Origin: a virus
Lineage: Duplodnaviria; Caudoviricetes
DNA: 38,304 bases
Direction: 5' to 3' (one strand)
Virus record (IMG/VR): IMGVR_UViG_3300017648_000195
Coordinates: 1 to 38,304 of that record
The notes beneath the pieces were generated by a model that was given only the letters and a program-made list of their open reading frames with translations, was not told where the DNA came from and did no database searches. Positions within the stretch are counted from its first letter, which is position 1, and the number at the start of each line of letters is the position of its first letter. Of this stretch, positions 7,887 through 16,907 are shown one piece after another. The translations under genes and the position numbers were made by a program.

Positions 7887-7961
7887 GTAGATGTAAGCGA
7901 TCTGCATTGTTAACTCCTCACTTGGAAATCCTCGGTACGAAAGTGTCGGGGATTTTCTTTT
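7887..7961 (+). ncRNA. Candidate ~75-nt sRNA with exposed CUCCUC seed
   Basis: ATAAATA at 7876-7882; 5' hairpin GTAGAT/ATCTGC; single-stranded TTAACTCCTCAC; GAAA-tetraloop terminator 7925-7961. Confidence 0.5.
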
Positions 7962-8043
7962 GAGCCGAGTTGAATTCTTAGGTTGAACAGGTGAATCAAC
8001 GGCAATAGGCCGAGTTTGTTAGCGGTACAAACGAGGCAAATGG

Positions 8044-8433
8044 ATGAAACTTATCATACGCAGATCGATACAAGCGCAAATTGAACAACTGCGCAGGAAA
8101 ATCGAACCCCAATACTTTGATATGCTCAAACTTGCAATCGAGTATAACCCAAAAGAATTGAATGAACTGCTGGAGCCAATGGGTACAGGTCCGTACAATT
8201 GGGAGCAAGTTGTTTGGGAACTGCACGATGGCGCTTGCACGACTTATGTGAGAGAGGGCAGGCTTCCGAATTTTGCAGTGTTGTGGATGGATGCATGGTA
8301 CGCAGGTATTCCATATTGGAAATTCCTGGGTGTTGCGGAGTTTGGAGAAAACTCCCGGCTTTATCAGCGTTACACGACACAAAAGCGAGCCAAAGGCAGA
8401 CCACGCAAACATAAGTTCCTGCTGCCGAATTAA
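8044..8433 (+). CDS. Hypothetical protein with basic C-terminal KGRPRK (AT-hook-like) motif
   Basis: 129-aa ORF, GAGG RBS, terminator at 8441-8462. Confidence 0.65.
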   Translation: MKLIIRRSIQAQIEQLRRKIEPQYFDMLKLAIEYNPKELNELLEPMGTGPYNWEQVVWELHDGACTTYVREGRLPNFAVLWMDAWYAGIPYWKFLGVAEFGENSRLYQRYTTQKRAKGRPRKHKFLLPN

Positions 8434-8556
8434 GCGGAGAAGCCCCGGAAACGGGGCTTTTCTATGAGTGCCGTTTGAAGCCTCAAATGGGCTTTTCAGC
8501 TTAAATACTTGGACAAAGGAGAACTCAACGGTTGGGTTCCACAAGAGGAACACAGC

Positions 8557-8946
8557 ATGTTTGAGTCAATCACGGCCTTTTTGATATCCATCGGAATTAA
8601 CCCCTCACATGTATTTGCGGGCCTCGCTGGCGCTCTTGTGCGCACGTTTATCATGGGCAAGCGCTGGACATGGGAAACGCTCATGGGGTCACTCGTTGGC
8701 GCTCTTTGTGCGATCTATTTGACCCCGCTGATCGGTACATGGCTCGGCCTGAACCTGCTGGACCTGAGCGTGAACAATGCGCTTGCGTTTGCACTAGGAA
8801 TGCTCGGCCTATCACTAGCGGAAGGACTTGTGAGACTCGCACAGCGTTGGGCAAACAATCCGAAATTGCCAGTTCGCTTGAGCATGAGGGGATTTGCAGA
8901 AGCCGTAAACGAGGCGGACGAAAAGCCCAAGAGCAAGGCCGAATAA
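8557..8946 (+). CDS. Putative holin-like membrane protein
   Basis: Three hydrophobic segments and a charged C-terminal tail; GAGG RBS; TAAATA at 8502. Confidence 0.65.
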   Translation: MFESITAFLISIGINPSHVFAGLAGALVRTFIMGKRWTWETLMGSLVGALCAIYLTPLIGTWLGLNLLDLSVNNALAFALGMLGLSLAEGLVRLAQRWANNPKLPVRLSMRGFAEAVNEADEKPKSKAE

Positions 8947-8976
8947 ATATCCGGAAGACAACTTTCGGAGCACAAA

Positions 8977-9420
8977 ATGACTACAATCATCAGCACTAGC
9001 ACCCACGGCATCGCTCATCAGGGCAACCTATACGTGGCGACATTAAAGACGGGCTGCGCACTTAGCACCGACCCCGAAGAGTTAATCCGAACAATCCAGA
9101 AGCACGAGGAAGCCAAGCACGAAGAGGTGTTTAGCGATGTCGTCACATGGACATTCGTTCGTTCGGATCACGCCGCGCATTACGACAATTGGCTCGCATT
9201 GCAGCAGAACGCGAGCCAGCAGGGGCCACTTTCACGACAACTCGGCCATATCATGTATCACGTCCCGATATCGCAACAGACGAAAGATGCAGCGGAGTGG
9301 ATCGCACAGAACGCAAAGTCTCGCGTCCACTCATGGGTAATTCCGGGCACCGATCTTTGGTATTGGATTTTCGAGGACGCACAGGAAGCAGTAGTGTTTC
9401 GATTGGCTGTGACGCTATGA
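8977..9420 (+). CDS. Hypothetical phage protein
   Basis: GGAG RBS, ATAAATA at 8943; ATGA overlap with the next gene. Confidence 0.7.
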   Translation: MTTIISTSTHGIAHQGNLYVATLKTGCALSTDPEELIRTIQKHEEAKHEEVFSDVVTWTFVRSDHAAHYDNWLALQQNASQQGPLSRQLGHIMYHVPISQQTKDAAEWIAQNAKSRVHSWVIPGTDLWYWIFEDAQEAVVFRLAVTL

Positions 9421-9731
9421 GAAACCGCTTTGAACAGAAGGTCGCCGCACAAGTAGGACCGGGATTTGCATATGAAGCAAAGCGATTGCCCTACACACTC
9501 TCACATACGTATTTGCCGGATTTCATCAACGAGCAGACCAAGGAGATAGTAGAGGCGAAAGGGCGGCTAACGGCAGCAGACCGAAAGAAGATGCTCGCAG
9601 TAAAGGCGGCTCATCCCGATTATAAAATCACCATCGTATTTCAGAACCCAACGTTGCCTATTAATAAAGGGAGCAAGACCAGCTACGCGGATTGGTGCGA
9701 CAAGTACGGCTTTGCATGGCGACAGGCATGA
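9417..9731 (+). CDS. T7 endonuclease I-like Holliday junction resolvase
   Basis: RNRFEQKVA...YLPDF...IVEAKGR...DRKKML...HPD...SKTSYADWCDKYGF matches the T7 gp3 family. Confidence 0.9.
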   Translation: MRNRFEQKVAAQVGPGFAYEAKRLPYTLSHTYLPDFINEQTKEIVEAKGRLTAADRKKMLAVKAAHPDYKITIVFQNPTLPINKGSKTSYADWCDKYGFAWRQA

Positions 9732-9833
9732 GCGCTTGTGCAGTAATTGGTCGTAGGTCGCCCATGAGATTGACCCAACATTCGAGCCCAAATAGTGTTG
9801 CTCTCGATTTGCGGGCACTTTGGGGTGGCATAT

Positions 9834-11003
9834 ATGTTTCGGGACAAAACTACTTTTGTAATTGGCGCTGGCGCGAGTGCGGAGTTTGGACTGCCGGTGG
9901 GTACGCAACTCGCCATGAATATCAGAGATAGCGCACGTATCGCGTCGTCTAAGTTGCACGGGCTTCAAATAGTGGATGAGGATTTGGAGCAAGCAATTAA
10001 AATTGGTTGGCCCGAGTTCACGCGGGATGAGATTATAATGGCCCTTCGCCGCATTCACGCGGCAATTGACACTAGCATTAGTATCGACGCGTTTATTCAC
10101 CGAAATCGGGACGATCCGGTTCTGGTGCATATGGGAAAAGCCCTAATTGCGTGGAATATCGCGAAGGCCGAGGCGCAATCCAAGATGAAAGCCATTGCGC
10201 AAACAGAATTAGGTGAGACGATAGATCGATCACAATTAACTGACACGTGGATAGGCAAGTTTACTCGCATTCTTTTTGATGGCGTAAGTGATATTGAGCA
10301 AATTCCCAAACAGGTATCCATTATATGTTTTAATTACGATCGCTGCATTGAGGCTTATCTGATAGAGTCCATTATGATCGCGTTCAATGTTGATAGGCTT
10401 GTTGCTGAAGGCGTCGTCAACGATATGAACATTATTCATCCGTATGGATACTTGGGAAAAGTTACAAATAATCCATTCGATGTAAAAGACGATGAATGTC
10501 TTTTCGCCTATCCTGTGCAAAGTAACTTCCCACTGCGCCAAGTTGCCAACCGCATTCGGACTTACACGGAGCAGACAGACAGTGCTGAACTAATTTCAGA
10601 TATACACTTGGCGATTGATGATGCACACAACTTAGTCTTTTTAGGGTTTGGTTTCAATAATCAGAATTTGGATTTACTGAGGGTAGTTGAAGATTATCAA
10701 CCTGGCTTGGCAAAAGAGAAGAACGTCTACGCAAGCGGATATGGATTAAAAGAAGAGATAAAAGAAACACTTTGCCGCAGAATAACTCACATTTATTACG
10801 ACTTTCCACGTGCCTATAAGAAGAAATATTTTGACAGAATTTATATAGGTTTTGGTCTAAGTTGCAGCGAACTTATGGGCACACATGATTTAAATCTAAA
10901 CAAATTTCTTCGAAGAAAATTTTCTGTCGTTCAGCATGGACATCGTATAAGTGTCGCAGTGCAACAATTGGATCGGGCCGGTGCGATTAGCGACGATGCT
11001 TAA
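9834..11003 (+). CDS. SIR2-like (SIR2_2-type) NAD-binding protein, probable anti-phage effector
   Basis: FVIGAGAS...GLP, IICFNYD, IIHPYGYLG and LVFLGFGF motifs; AT-rich insert. Confidence 0.75.
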   Translation: MFRDKTTFVIGAGASAEFGLPVGTQLAMNIRDSARIASSKLHGLQIVDEDLEQAIKIGWPEFTRDEIIMALRRIHAAIDTSISIDAFIHRNRDDPVLVHMGKALIAWNIAKAEAQSKMKAIAQTELGETIDRSQLTDTWIGKFTRILFDGVSDIEQIPKQVSIICFNYDRCIEAYLIESIMIAFNVDRLVAEGVVNDMNIIHPYGYLGKVTNNPFDVKDDECLFAYPVQSNFPLRQVANRIRTYTEQTDSAELISDIHLAIDDAHNLVFLGFGFNNQNLDLLRVVEDYQPGLAKEKNVYASGYGLKEEIKETLCRRITHIYYDFPRAYKKKYFDRIYIGFGLSCSELMGTHDLNLNKFLRRKFSVVQHGHRISVAVQQLDRAGAISDDA

Positions 11004-11276
11004 TATTGATTATTACAGCGAGCAAACAACGTAGTTCCCAAATTCACGTGCAGACTTCACATAGAGTACAGGGCCACATCCAAAAAATTCAAAGGGCAAC
11101 CTAAAAATCCGCAAATGTAGTAACTAGTTATGACATTGCAGTCATAAAGGTAATGTTGAAAGGGCGCATTGTGCGCCTTTTCTATCAAAGGGCAACCGAT
11201 CTTCGCTCTTGCAAGTAATTCTTTTGGCAATAGGCACAAGCAATGTGCGTTGACTGTGCCGAAGGAGTTACAACCT

Positions 11277-11906
11277 ATGCAACCTATACAACCTGCAAGT
11301 TACGTTGCTTATTATCGCGTATCGACTGCAAAGCAAGGACAGAGCGGACTTGGACTAGAGGCACAACGCAAAGCATGTGCGGGTTACAGTCCCATAGCCG
11401 AGTTCACCGATATCGAGTCGGGCAAGAACAATGACCGTGACCAGTTGCAAGCAGCAATGCAGTTTGCACGAGCGAATAAGGCCACACTGGTATTTGCCAA
11501 ACTGGACCGTCTGTCGCGTAATGCAGCATTCATACTATCGTTGATGGAGAAAGGTGTTCGCATACGTTGTGCGGACATGCCGGATGCAGATGAGTTCCAA
11601 TTACAACTGTATGCAATCTTGGCGCATAAAGAACGCCGGATGATCTCAGAACGCACCAAAGCAGCACTGGCAGCGGCAAAAGAACGGGGCGTTAAATTGG
11701 GTGGTACACAAGCAAGCACGAGAGCGCGCATAGATGCTTTCGACAAACGTATGTTTCCCATTGTCCAGAGCATCATAGACAGCGGTGCTGTAGGTCCAGC
11801 AGCAATAGCGCGTGAGTTAAACGCAAAGCAAATACCAACAGCAGCAGGCAAACAGTGGGTTTCCACGCAGGTTACGCGCTTGATAAAAAGAATAGAAAGA
11901 ATGTGA
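11277..11906 (+). CDS. Small serine recombinase (resolvase/invertase family)
   Basis: VAYYRVST catalytic motif, ESG...R, KLDRLSR, ERRMISERTKAALAAAKERG; AAGGAG RBS. Confidence 0.93.
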   Translation: MQPIQPASYVAYYRVSTAKQGQSGLGLEAQRKACAGYSPIAEFTDIESGKNNDRDQLQAAMQFARANKATLVFAKLDRLSRNAAFILSLMEKGVRIRCADMPDADEFQLQLYAILAHKERRMISERTKAALAAAKERGVKLGGTQASTRARIDAFDKRMFPIVQSIIDSGAVGPAAIARELNAKQIPTAAGKQWVSTQVTRLIKRIERM

Positions 11907-11996
11907 ATTCTTCGGTTGCCCTGATTTTCCAATGGCTATTGATAGAGGGACAGCAGACGCAATTAAGCGCTGCAAATAGATCGAAGGAACAAACAA

Positions 11997-12392
11997 ATGA
12001 ATCAGGCACTTGCAATTCTCAAAGCAGCAGCAACGACCGGTATTGTCGCTCATCGTGATCCAGTTGAGATTTTCCTGAACAAACTGGATATGCAAATTGC
12101 TTACGCTAAGCAGGTGAAGGAAGGGAAGGAAATCAACACACGGTCGCTGTGGTTCAAGAAAGAGGGTGCGGAATATATCGTACGTGTTGGTCGTAATGCT
12201 TTCGAGATTGCCGGTTCGAAGTTGTTCAAGGCCAAAGACCTCGACACTGTTGTTGAATTGCTCGGTGCTGCAAAGCAGGCCATTCGTGAGGACAAGGCAC
12301 TACAGCAGGTGATTGCCCGGCATAGCGCGGATCGCAGTGAACGGCTGAAAGCTGGACGCGCTGAAGGCAAGAAGAAGGAAGCGAAGAAGTAA
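11997..12392 (+). CDS. Hypothetical basic protein
   Basis: 131-aa ORF, AAGGA RBS, terminator at 12423-12447. Confidence 0.75.
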   Translation: MNQALAILKAAATTGIVAHRDPVEIFLNKLDMQIAYAKQVKEGKEINTRSLWFKKEGAEYIVRVGRNAFEIAGSKLFKAKDLDTVVELLGAAKQAIREDKALQQVIARHSADRSERLKAGRAEGKKKEAKK

Positions 12393-12805
12393 ACAAGCAT
12401 CGTATTGCGCAATACGATTAGTGCCCGGATCGAAAGGTCCGGGCTTTGTCGTACCTGTACCTGGCCTGCTGCTTGCAATGCTAGTGCAAAGACGCACAGA
12501 CGCTCATACAACGAGGCTAACGTATGAGTAGTGAACGGAATACGTTACAAGGGGTGATCACATTGCATGAAGCATCTGTGCGTCTTTGCGACTGTACTAT
12601 CAAGCAGCACCACAGGCACGTCAAGGATAAGCGCTTGAACAAAGTGCTGCTTTGCTACTCGGATATTGCTCGCGTGTAAGGGTGATACATCAGGGCGTCT
12701 TACAGAAGCAAAGGGGCGGCTTCCCACGGCCTCCCTGACCATAGGCCACCACCCCCTAGCGGATTAAAAATTTATATATCTGCTGCGTCCGTAGATTTGA
12801 TACAC

Positions 12806-13312
12806 CTACAGAACTATTTCAGTTGGGTCGAATGGTTTTAGATAATGGCTGTAAGTTAATCTAAGTTGTAACGCTTCATTTTTATCCCTAAGGGCATGAA
12901 TACTAATTTCGTCTGGCAATAAAAATAAAGTTAACCTGTCGGTGGGTTGGTTTTGGAGTTCATGATAATCCATGAGGAATTTTCCCGGCTCGGGCTGGTT
13001 TATCTCCATAAAGAAATAGTGATTTCTAGCAAAGTACAACGACAATATGTCTGTAAAATCTTCCTTAGATTTCTCAAACTTGATTGGTTGTTTAAAGATG
13101 TTTGCGTAAAATTCACTATAAGAAATGATGTATGCATCGTCCGATATTTGAATCTTCTTGCCATCGTTGCGAATAGGTTGATCGATGGCGGTATCGTAAA
13201 CGTGGACACTTATCAGTGCTTCGATACTGTTGCTGAGAATCTTTGGTAGAAGTTCTACACCCCACGCACGAACGATATCTCGTTGGTCGATTTGTTGTTC
13301 GGTCAGCGACAT
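12806..13312 (-). CDS. Hypothetical protein (AT-rich moron)
   Basis: ~168-aa ORF, low GC, no family recognised. Confidence 0.6.
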   Translation of the reverse strand: MSLTEQQIDQRDIVRAWGVELLPKILSNSIEALISVHVYDTAIDQPIRNDGKKIQISDDAYIISYSEFYANIFKQPIKFEKSKEDFTDILSLYFARNHYFFMEINQPEPGKFLMDYHELQNQPTDRLTLFLLPDEISIHALRDKNEALQLRLTYSHYLKPFDPTEIVL

Positions 13313-13384
13313 TGCCACCCCCACATATTGTTGCCTGTTTCGGCTTTGCCATATGGGGCTTTGCTTATGAGTTAAGCCGAATGG

Positions 13385-13645
13385 TTACTGTTTGATTTTT
13401 TGTGGACGCCAAACAACCGTCTCGTGTTTCCGCTCGAAGCCCGGTAGTTCCGGCGTCACTTTGCAATTTGTCGTGTCGCAACTTTTACACCGGAATCGCA
13501 GGCTGCTTAGGCTTCGTCCATATCCGAAAAGCCCAGCTAGATCGCTTGCAAGAAATTTTGCCTGTCTTTGGCAATCGTTGCATTCTGCAATCACGAACAT
13601 GCCGTGTCGTGCTGCATCGCCAATGTGTTTGATACTCCGGGTCAT
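13385..13645 (-). CDS. Small zinc-ribbon protein, SOS-regulated
   Basis: CNDC and CKSC pairs; LexA box immediately upstream. Confidence 0.8.
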   Translation of the reverse strand: MTRSIKHIGDAARHGMFVIAECNDCQRQAKFLASDLAGLFGYGRSLSSLRFRCKSCDTTNCKVTPELPGFERKHETVVWRPQKIKQ

Positions 13646-13656
13646 TCCCTCATATA

Positions 13657-13671
13657 GAACATACAGGGAAC
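13657..13671 (-). promoter_or_regulatory. Alphaproteobacterial LexA (SOS) box
   Basis: GAAC-ATACAGG-GAAC (GTTC-N7-GTTC on the minus strand), 11 bp upstream of the start at 13645. Confidence 0.8.
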
Positions 13672-13983
13672 ATTAGCAAACTCGAATCGCTCCGAAAGGT
13701 GATTCGCATCGGCTGATCCGCCAAAAACGATAAACGTCAACAGAAAAATGAAAAAAATTAAAAAAATATATGGACAGCAGCAAAAGCGATGGTATATCAA
13801 CCAACCATACCTCGCGGTAAGTTCTTTGAAAGTTTAAAAATTAACAAGTTGCGGCTCGGCGTGAGTTGGGCCGCAATATATTCGTCCTTTGTATTTTGGC
13901 TCGATTAGATCGAACGAAAATAGCGCGTTCCTCCGTAAGTGGAGAGGTGTGTTGCCTGAGCAAAATATGAAGGAAAATGAAAT

Positions 13984-14601
13984 ATGTTTAGTAATGTTAA
14001 GTTGCTTCCGGGTCTGGAAATCGAAGAATTCTCGGCTTGTCGTTTTTCCGATTGGACCATTATGACAGTGAAGTATGAAGGTATTGAGGTATTGAATTGG
14101 TTCGAAGAGCGTAGCAGTGCCTCGCACGAACCTCATTTCACCACTCTAGACCAAGATGGATATGAGAACTGGTACGTGCTTGCGCATGATGGCGAATGGC
14201 GTCCGCAATTTGAAGGTAATGTCCAAACGCCGTGTCTATCGGTTCCAGCTTCGCGTCTAGTGGAGATGACGAACATGGCTATCTCCAAGCGTTTCGGAGA
14301 TGCACTCAAACTGAAGACCGAGTGCATCCGTGATTATCCGAGTATGCGACGTTATGGGGATTGGGTATCTACGGTCGATGGCGAAATTGTTTTGCGTTGG
14401 GAAACCGATGCGAACGGTGAGAACCTTGTTTGTACCGACCGGAATGGCGAATTCACGTACATCGGCATGAACCTATGGCAAGGCTCGTTCATTGAGTCCG
14501 AGGAAATTGATCCCGGCTTTGAATGGTGGGAAGTTCCCGAACGGCTTATTCCGTTGATGGCTGTTTTCGCCCGCAAGGCATGGAATGATCGCCAATATTA
14601 A
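13984..14601 (+). CDS. Acidic Trp-rich hypothetical protein
   Basis: 205-aa ORF (start may be downstream); promoter-like TGGACA-N16-TATATC at 13771-13798 with A-tracts upstream. Confidence 0.65.
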   Translation: MFSNVKLLPGLEIEEFSACRFSDWTIMTVKYEGIEVLNWFEERSSASHEPHFTTLDQDGYENWYVLAHDGEWRPQFEGNVQTPCLSVPASRLVEMTNMAISKRFGDALKLKTECIRDYPSMRRYGDWVSTVDGEIVLRWETDANGENLVCTDRNGEFTYIGMNLWQGSFIESEEIDPGFEWWEVPERLIPLMAVFARKAWNDRQY

Positions 14602-14781
14602 AACTAGATGAGCCGACCTCACGGCTCATTTTGACCGGCAAGGGCTGAAATATGGTCCTACGCTTCGATGACGATGCCGGTCACCGAGACAGCAAATCCG
14701 CTGTCATCCAAAAGGTGTCACTATCGGGTGGCTTGGCAAGCAGTAAGTCCAAGTCGGACATCTCTTTTGAGGTTTATTTAC

Positions 14782-15096
14782 ATGAGAATTGAATATCAAG
14801 ACCGCGACGTGATTGTTCGCGACAATGAAGGTGTCCATCTTTTCACTTGGGAATTTTTCTGGGAAGACCATTCCGGCCACACTTTTATCTGCGTTTCGCC
14901 AGACGGTTTGGTGCTTCACCAGACCCCGACCGGATTGGAATGGGTAGACGCGGGACGTTGGCCTGATGATGACGTCTATATGGAATGGGAAGAAGAGAAC
15001 CCGCGAGACGAGGTGTCGCCTGACGACATGCTCATGTGGACCGCAATGGTTATGGACGAGCATCTTCCAATCGTGGAGGGTCCTTATCGTGGCTAA
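14782..15096 (+). CDS. Acidic Trp-rich hypothetical protein
   Basis: GAGGT RBS before ATG 14782. Confidence 0.65.
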   Translation: MRIEYQDRDVIVRDNEGVHLFTWEFFWEDHSGHTFICVSPDGLVLHQTPTGLEWVDAGRWPDDDVYMEWEEENPRDEVSPDDMLMWTAMVMDEHLPIVEGPYRG

Positions 15097-15343
15097 GCCT
15101 CTAAAGATTTCCAAGCGTGTCAGGAAGGAACTTGAGAAAGTAGGAGGCTACCGCGTTTCTCGCGGTGGTCGCCACATCAAGATTTACGTCGACAACACAC
15201 TCGTTGGCATTTCTCCTTCTTGTTTATCCGGTGATGGCCAGACCAGCGGATATGCTGAAAACAATGTCATTGCTACTATCCGTCGCGTAGCTGGTAGCAG
15301 AAACCCACAAGTCGCATCAGGAAAGGGGCACAGTAATGTCTAA
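15089..15343 (+). CDS. HicA-like small basic protein
   Basis: GTG start after GGAGGG; ELEKVGGYRVSRGGRHIKIY resembles the HicA mRNase fold with its G-x-H motif. Confidence 0.5.
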   Translation: MAKPLKISKRVRKELEKVGGYRVSRGGRHIKIYVDNTLVGISPSCLSGDGQTSGYAENNVIATIRRVAGSRNPQVASGKGHSNV

Positions 15344-15647
15344 TCCCCTTCATGAGCCAGTGCTTTGGGAAAGTCCGGAGGAATTAGTTGTTGTTGGGCA
15401 ATTCATCGAATCTCTGAACTTGAGAGAGCGCTTGCGCGGGAAAGCGCGCGAGCGGCCAAACGAAACATTCACCGCGAAAACAACAATTGGTGTGTTTCAC
15501 GTTTGTTATCACTCGTTCGAAGGCGCTCTAGAAGTAATCAATGAAACCCGTACTTTTCGTCTCGTATATTGGCGACAATTAGTTCGCATTGACGGCGACA
15601 AAACCGCGTTAAAGCGTTGGTTGTTACCGTTAAAGCTGTCCGAATAA
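15336..15647 (+). CDS. Hypothetical protein
   Basis: 103-aa ORF overlapping the upstream stop; AAGGGG RBS. Confidence 0.6.
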   Translation: MSNPLHEPVLWESPEELVVVGQFIESLNLRERLRGKARERPNETFTAKTTIGVFHVCYHSFEGALEVINETRTFRLVYWRQLVRIDGDKTALKRWLLPLKLSE

Positions 15648-15811
15648 GAATTAACCCCCGTTCATGTATCGGGGGTTGTTCAAAAGCGAGAAAAGAGCGC
15701 AAAAACAATTGCTTATAAAAAAGTTTAACTGAGAGTAAATCTTAGGCTTACATTTAGGAATAACGGCAATAGGAAGAAAAGCGCAAGCAGTTATTGTTTG
15801 TTCCTCGTAAC

Positions 15812-15848
15812 AAGTTGCTACCCTGAACCAAGCACAGGGTAGCAACTT
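15812..15848 (+). promoter_or_regulatory. Perfect 14-bp inverted repeat upstream of flagellin
   Basis: AAGTTGCTACCCTG-N9-CAGGGTAGCAACTT. Confidence 0.7.
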
Positions 15849-15956
15849 AGGAGCAACGCTTGCAGCAGGATCAGCCCAAGGGCAGACATGATGTCGTTTG
15901 ATCCTTTCGGTTCAACTCCGAAATGCTTCCTTATCTCAAAATAATCGAGAAATACC

Positions 15957-16856
15957 ATGTCGAGCATACTTACGAACACGTCAGCAATGACGGCGTTGCA
16001 GACCCTTGCGTCCACAAACAAGGCTCTGGAGCAAACGCAAAACCGGATTGCAACGGGACTGCGCATTAACGAAGCATCCGACAACGCAAGTTATTGGTCC
16101 ATCGCAAGTTCGATGAAATCCGATAACAAGGCCAACTCGGCGGTTCAGGATGCGTTGGGTCTTGGAGCTGGTAAAGTTGATACCGCATATACCGGGATCA
16201 ACGATATCAAAACGCAGATCGAAAGCATGAAAGAATTGCTGGTGAGCGCGCAAGGCGCATCGCAGGAGGACCAGCAGAAGATTGCCACGCAGATCAAGGG
16301 CATTCAGGAGCAGATAAAATCATCTGCGACGAACGCCACATATGCAGGGACGAACTTGCTGCTCAACGATGGCAGTGCGAATGCGGATTTGAAAATTGTT
16401 TCCTCATACAATCGCACTGGTAACAGCGTTACCGTTGATACCATCGATATTGCGTCGGCTGATACTCGTGTATTCGGCAAAAACGCAGACGGCACAATCG
16501 ACACGACGCAGGGCTTCGCTGCTGGTGTTGTGGACACTGCATTCTTCGATCCCTCAACTGCGGCACTCGATGACGCTGCAATTAAATCCGCAATGGACAC
16601 GGTTGAAACCGCACTTAGCAGTCTCACAACGGGCGCTGCCAATCTCGGTGCTGCCAAGTCGCGCATTGATACGCAATCGGGTTTCCTCTCGAAACTCAGC
16701 GATTCCATTGACAAGGGCGTCGGAGCGCTTATTGATGCGGATATGAATAAGGAGTCGGCAAGGCTTTCAGCTTTGCAGGTTCAGCAGCAATTGGGTGTGC
16801 AAGCGCTTTCGATTGCAAACAGCAGTTCGCAGAATATCCTCTCGTTGTTCCGCTAA
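15957..16856 (+). CDS. fliC: Flagellin
   Basis: SILTNTSAMTALQTL...TGLRINEASDNASYWSIA N-terminus and DADMNKESARLSALQVQQQLGVQALSIANSSSQNILSLFR C-terminus; intact 299 aa. Confidence 0.97.
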   Translation: MSSILTNTSAMTALQTLASTNKALEQTQNRIATGLRINEASDNASYWSIASSMKSDNKANSAVQDALGLGAGKVDTAYTGINDIKTQIESMKELLVSAQGASQEDQQKIATQIKGIQEQIKSSATNATYAGTNLLLNDGSANADLKIVSSYNRTGNSVTVDTIDIASADTRVFGKNADGTIDTTQGFAAGVVDTAFFDPSTAALDDAAIKSAMDTVETALSSLTTGAANLGAAKSRIDTQSGFLSKLSDSIDKGVGALIDADMNKESARLSALQVQQQLGVQALSIANSSSQNILSLFR

Positions 16857-16878
16857 CACAGTTCGACAGGGATATGAG

Positions 16879-16904
16879 AAGGGACGCCTTGTGCGTCCCT
16901 TTTT
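16879..16904 (+). terminator. Terminator between convergent flagellin and terS
   Basis: AAGGGACGC-cttgt-GCGTCCCTT plus T run. Confidence 0.85.
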
Positions 16905-16907
16905 CGT

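Noticed and set aside
9147-9416. N-terminal extension of the endonuclease ORF; likewise extensions at 1099, 11169, 14668, 14966 and 23694
   Set aside because: They overlap upstream genes or lack an RBS; homology and RBS support the downstream starts.
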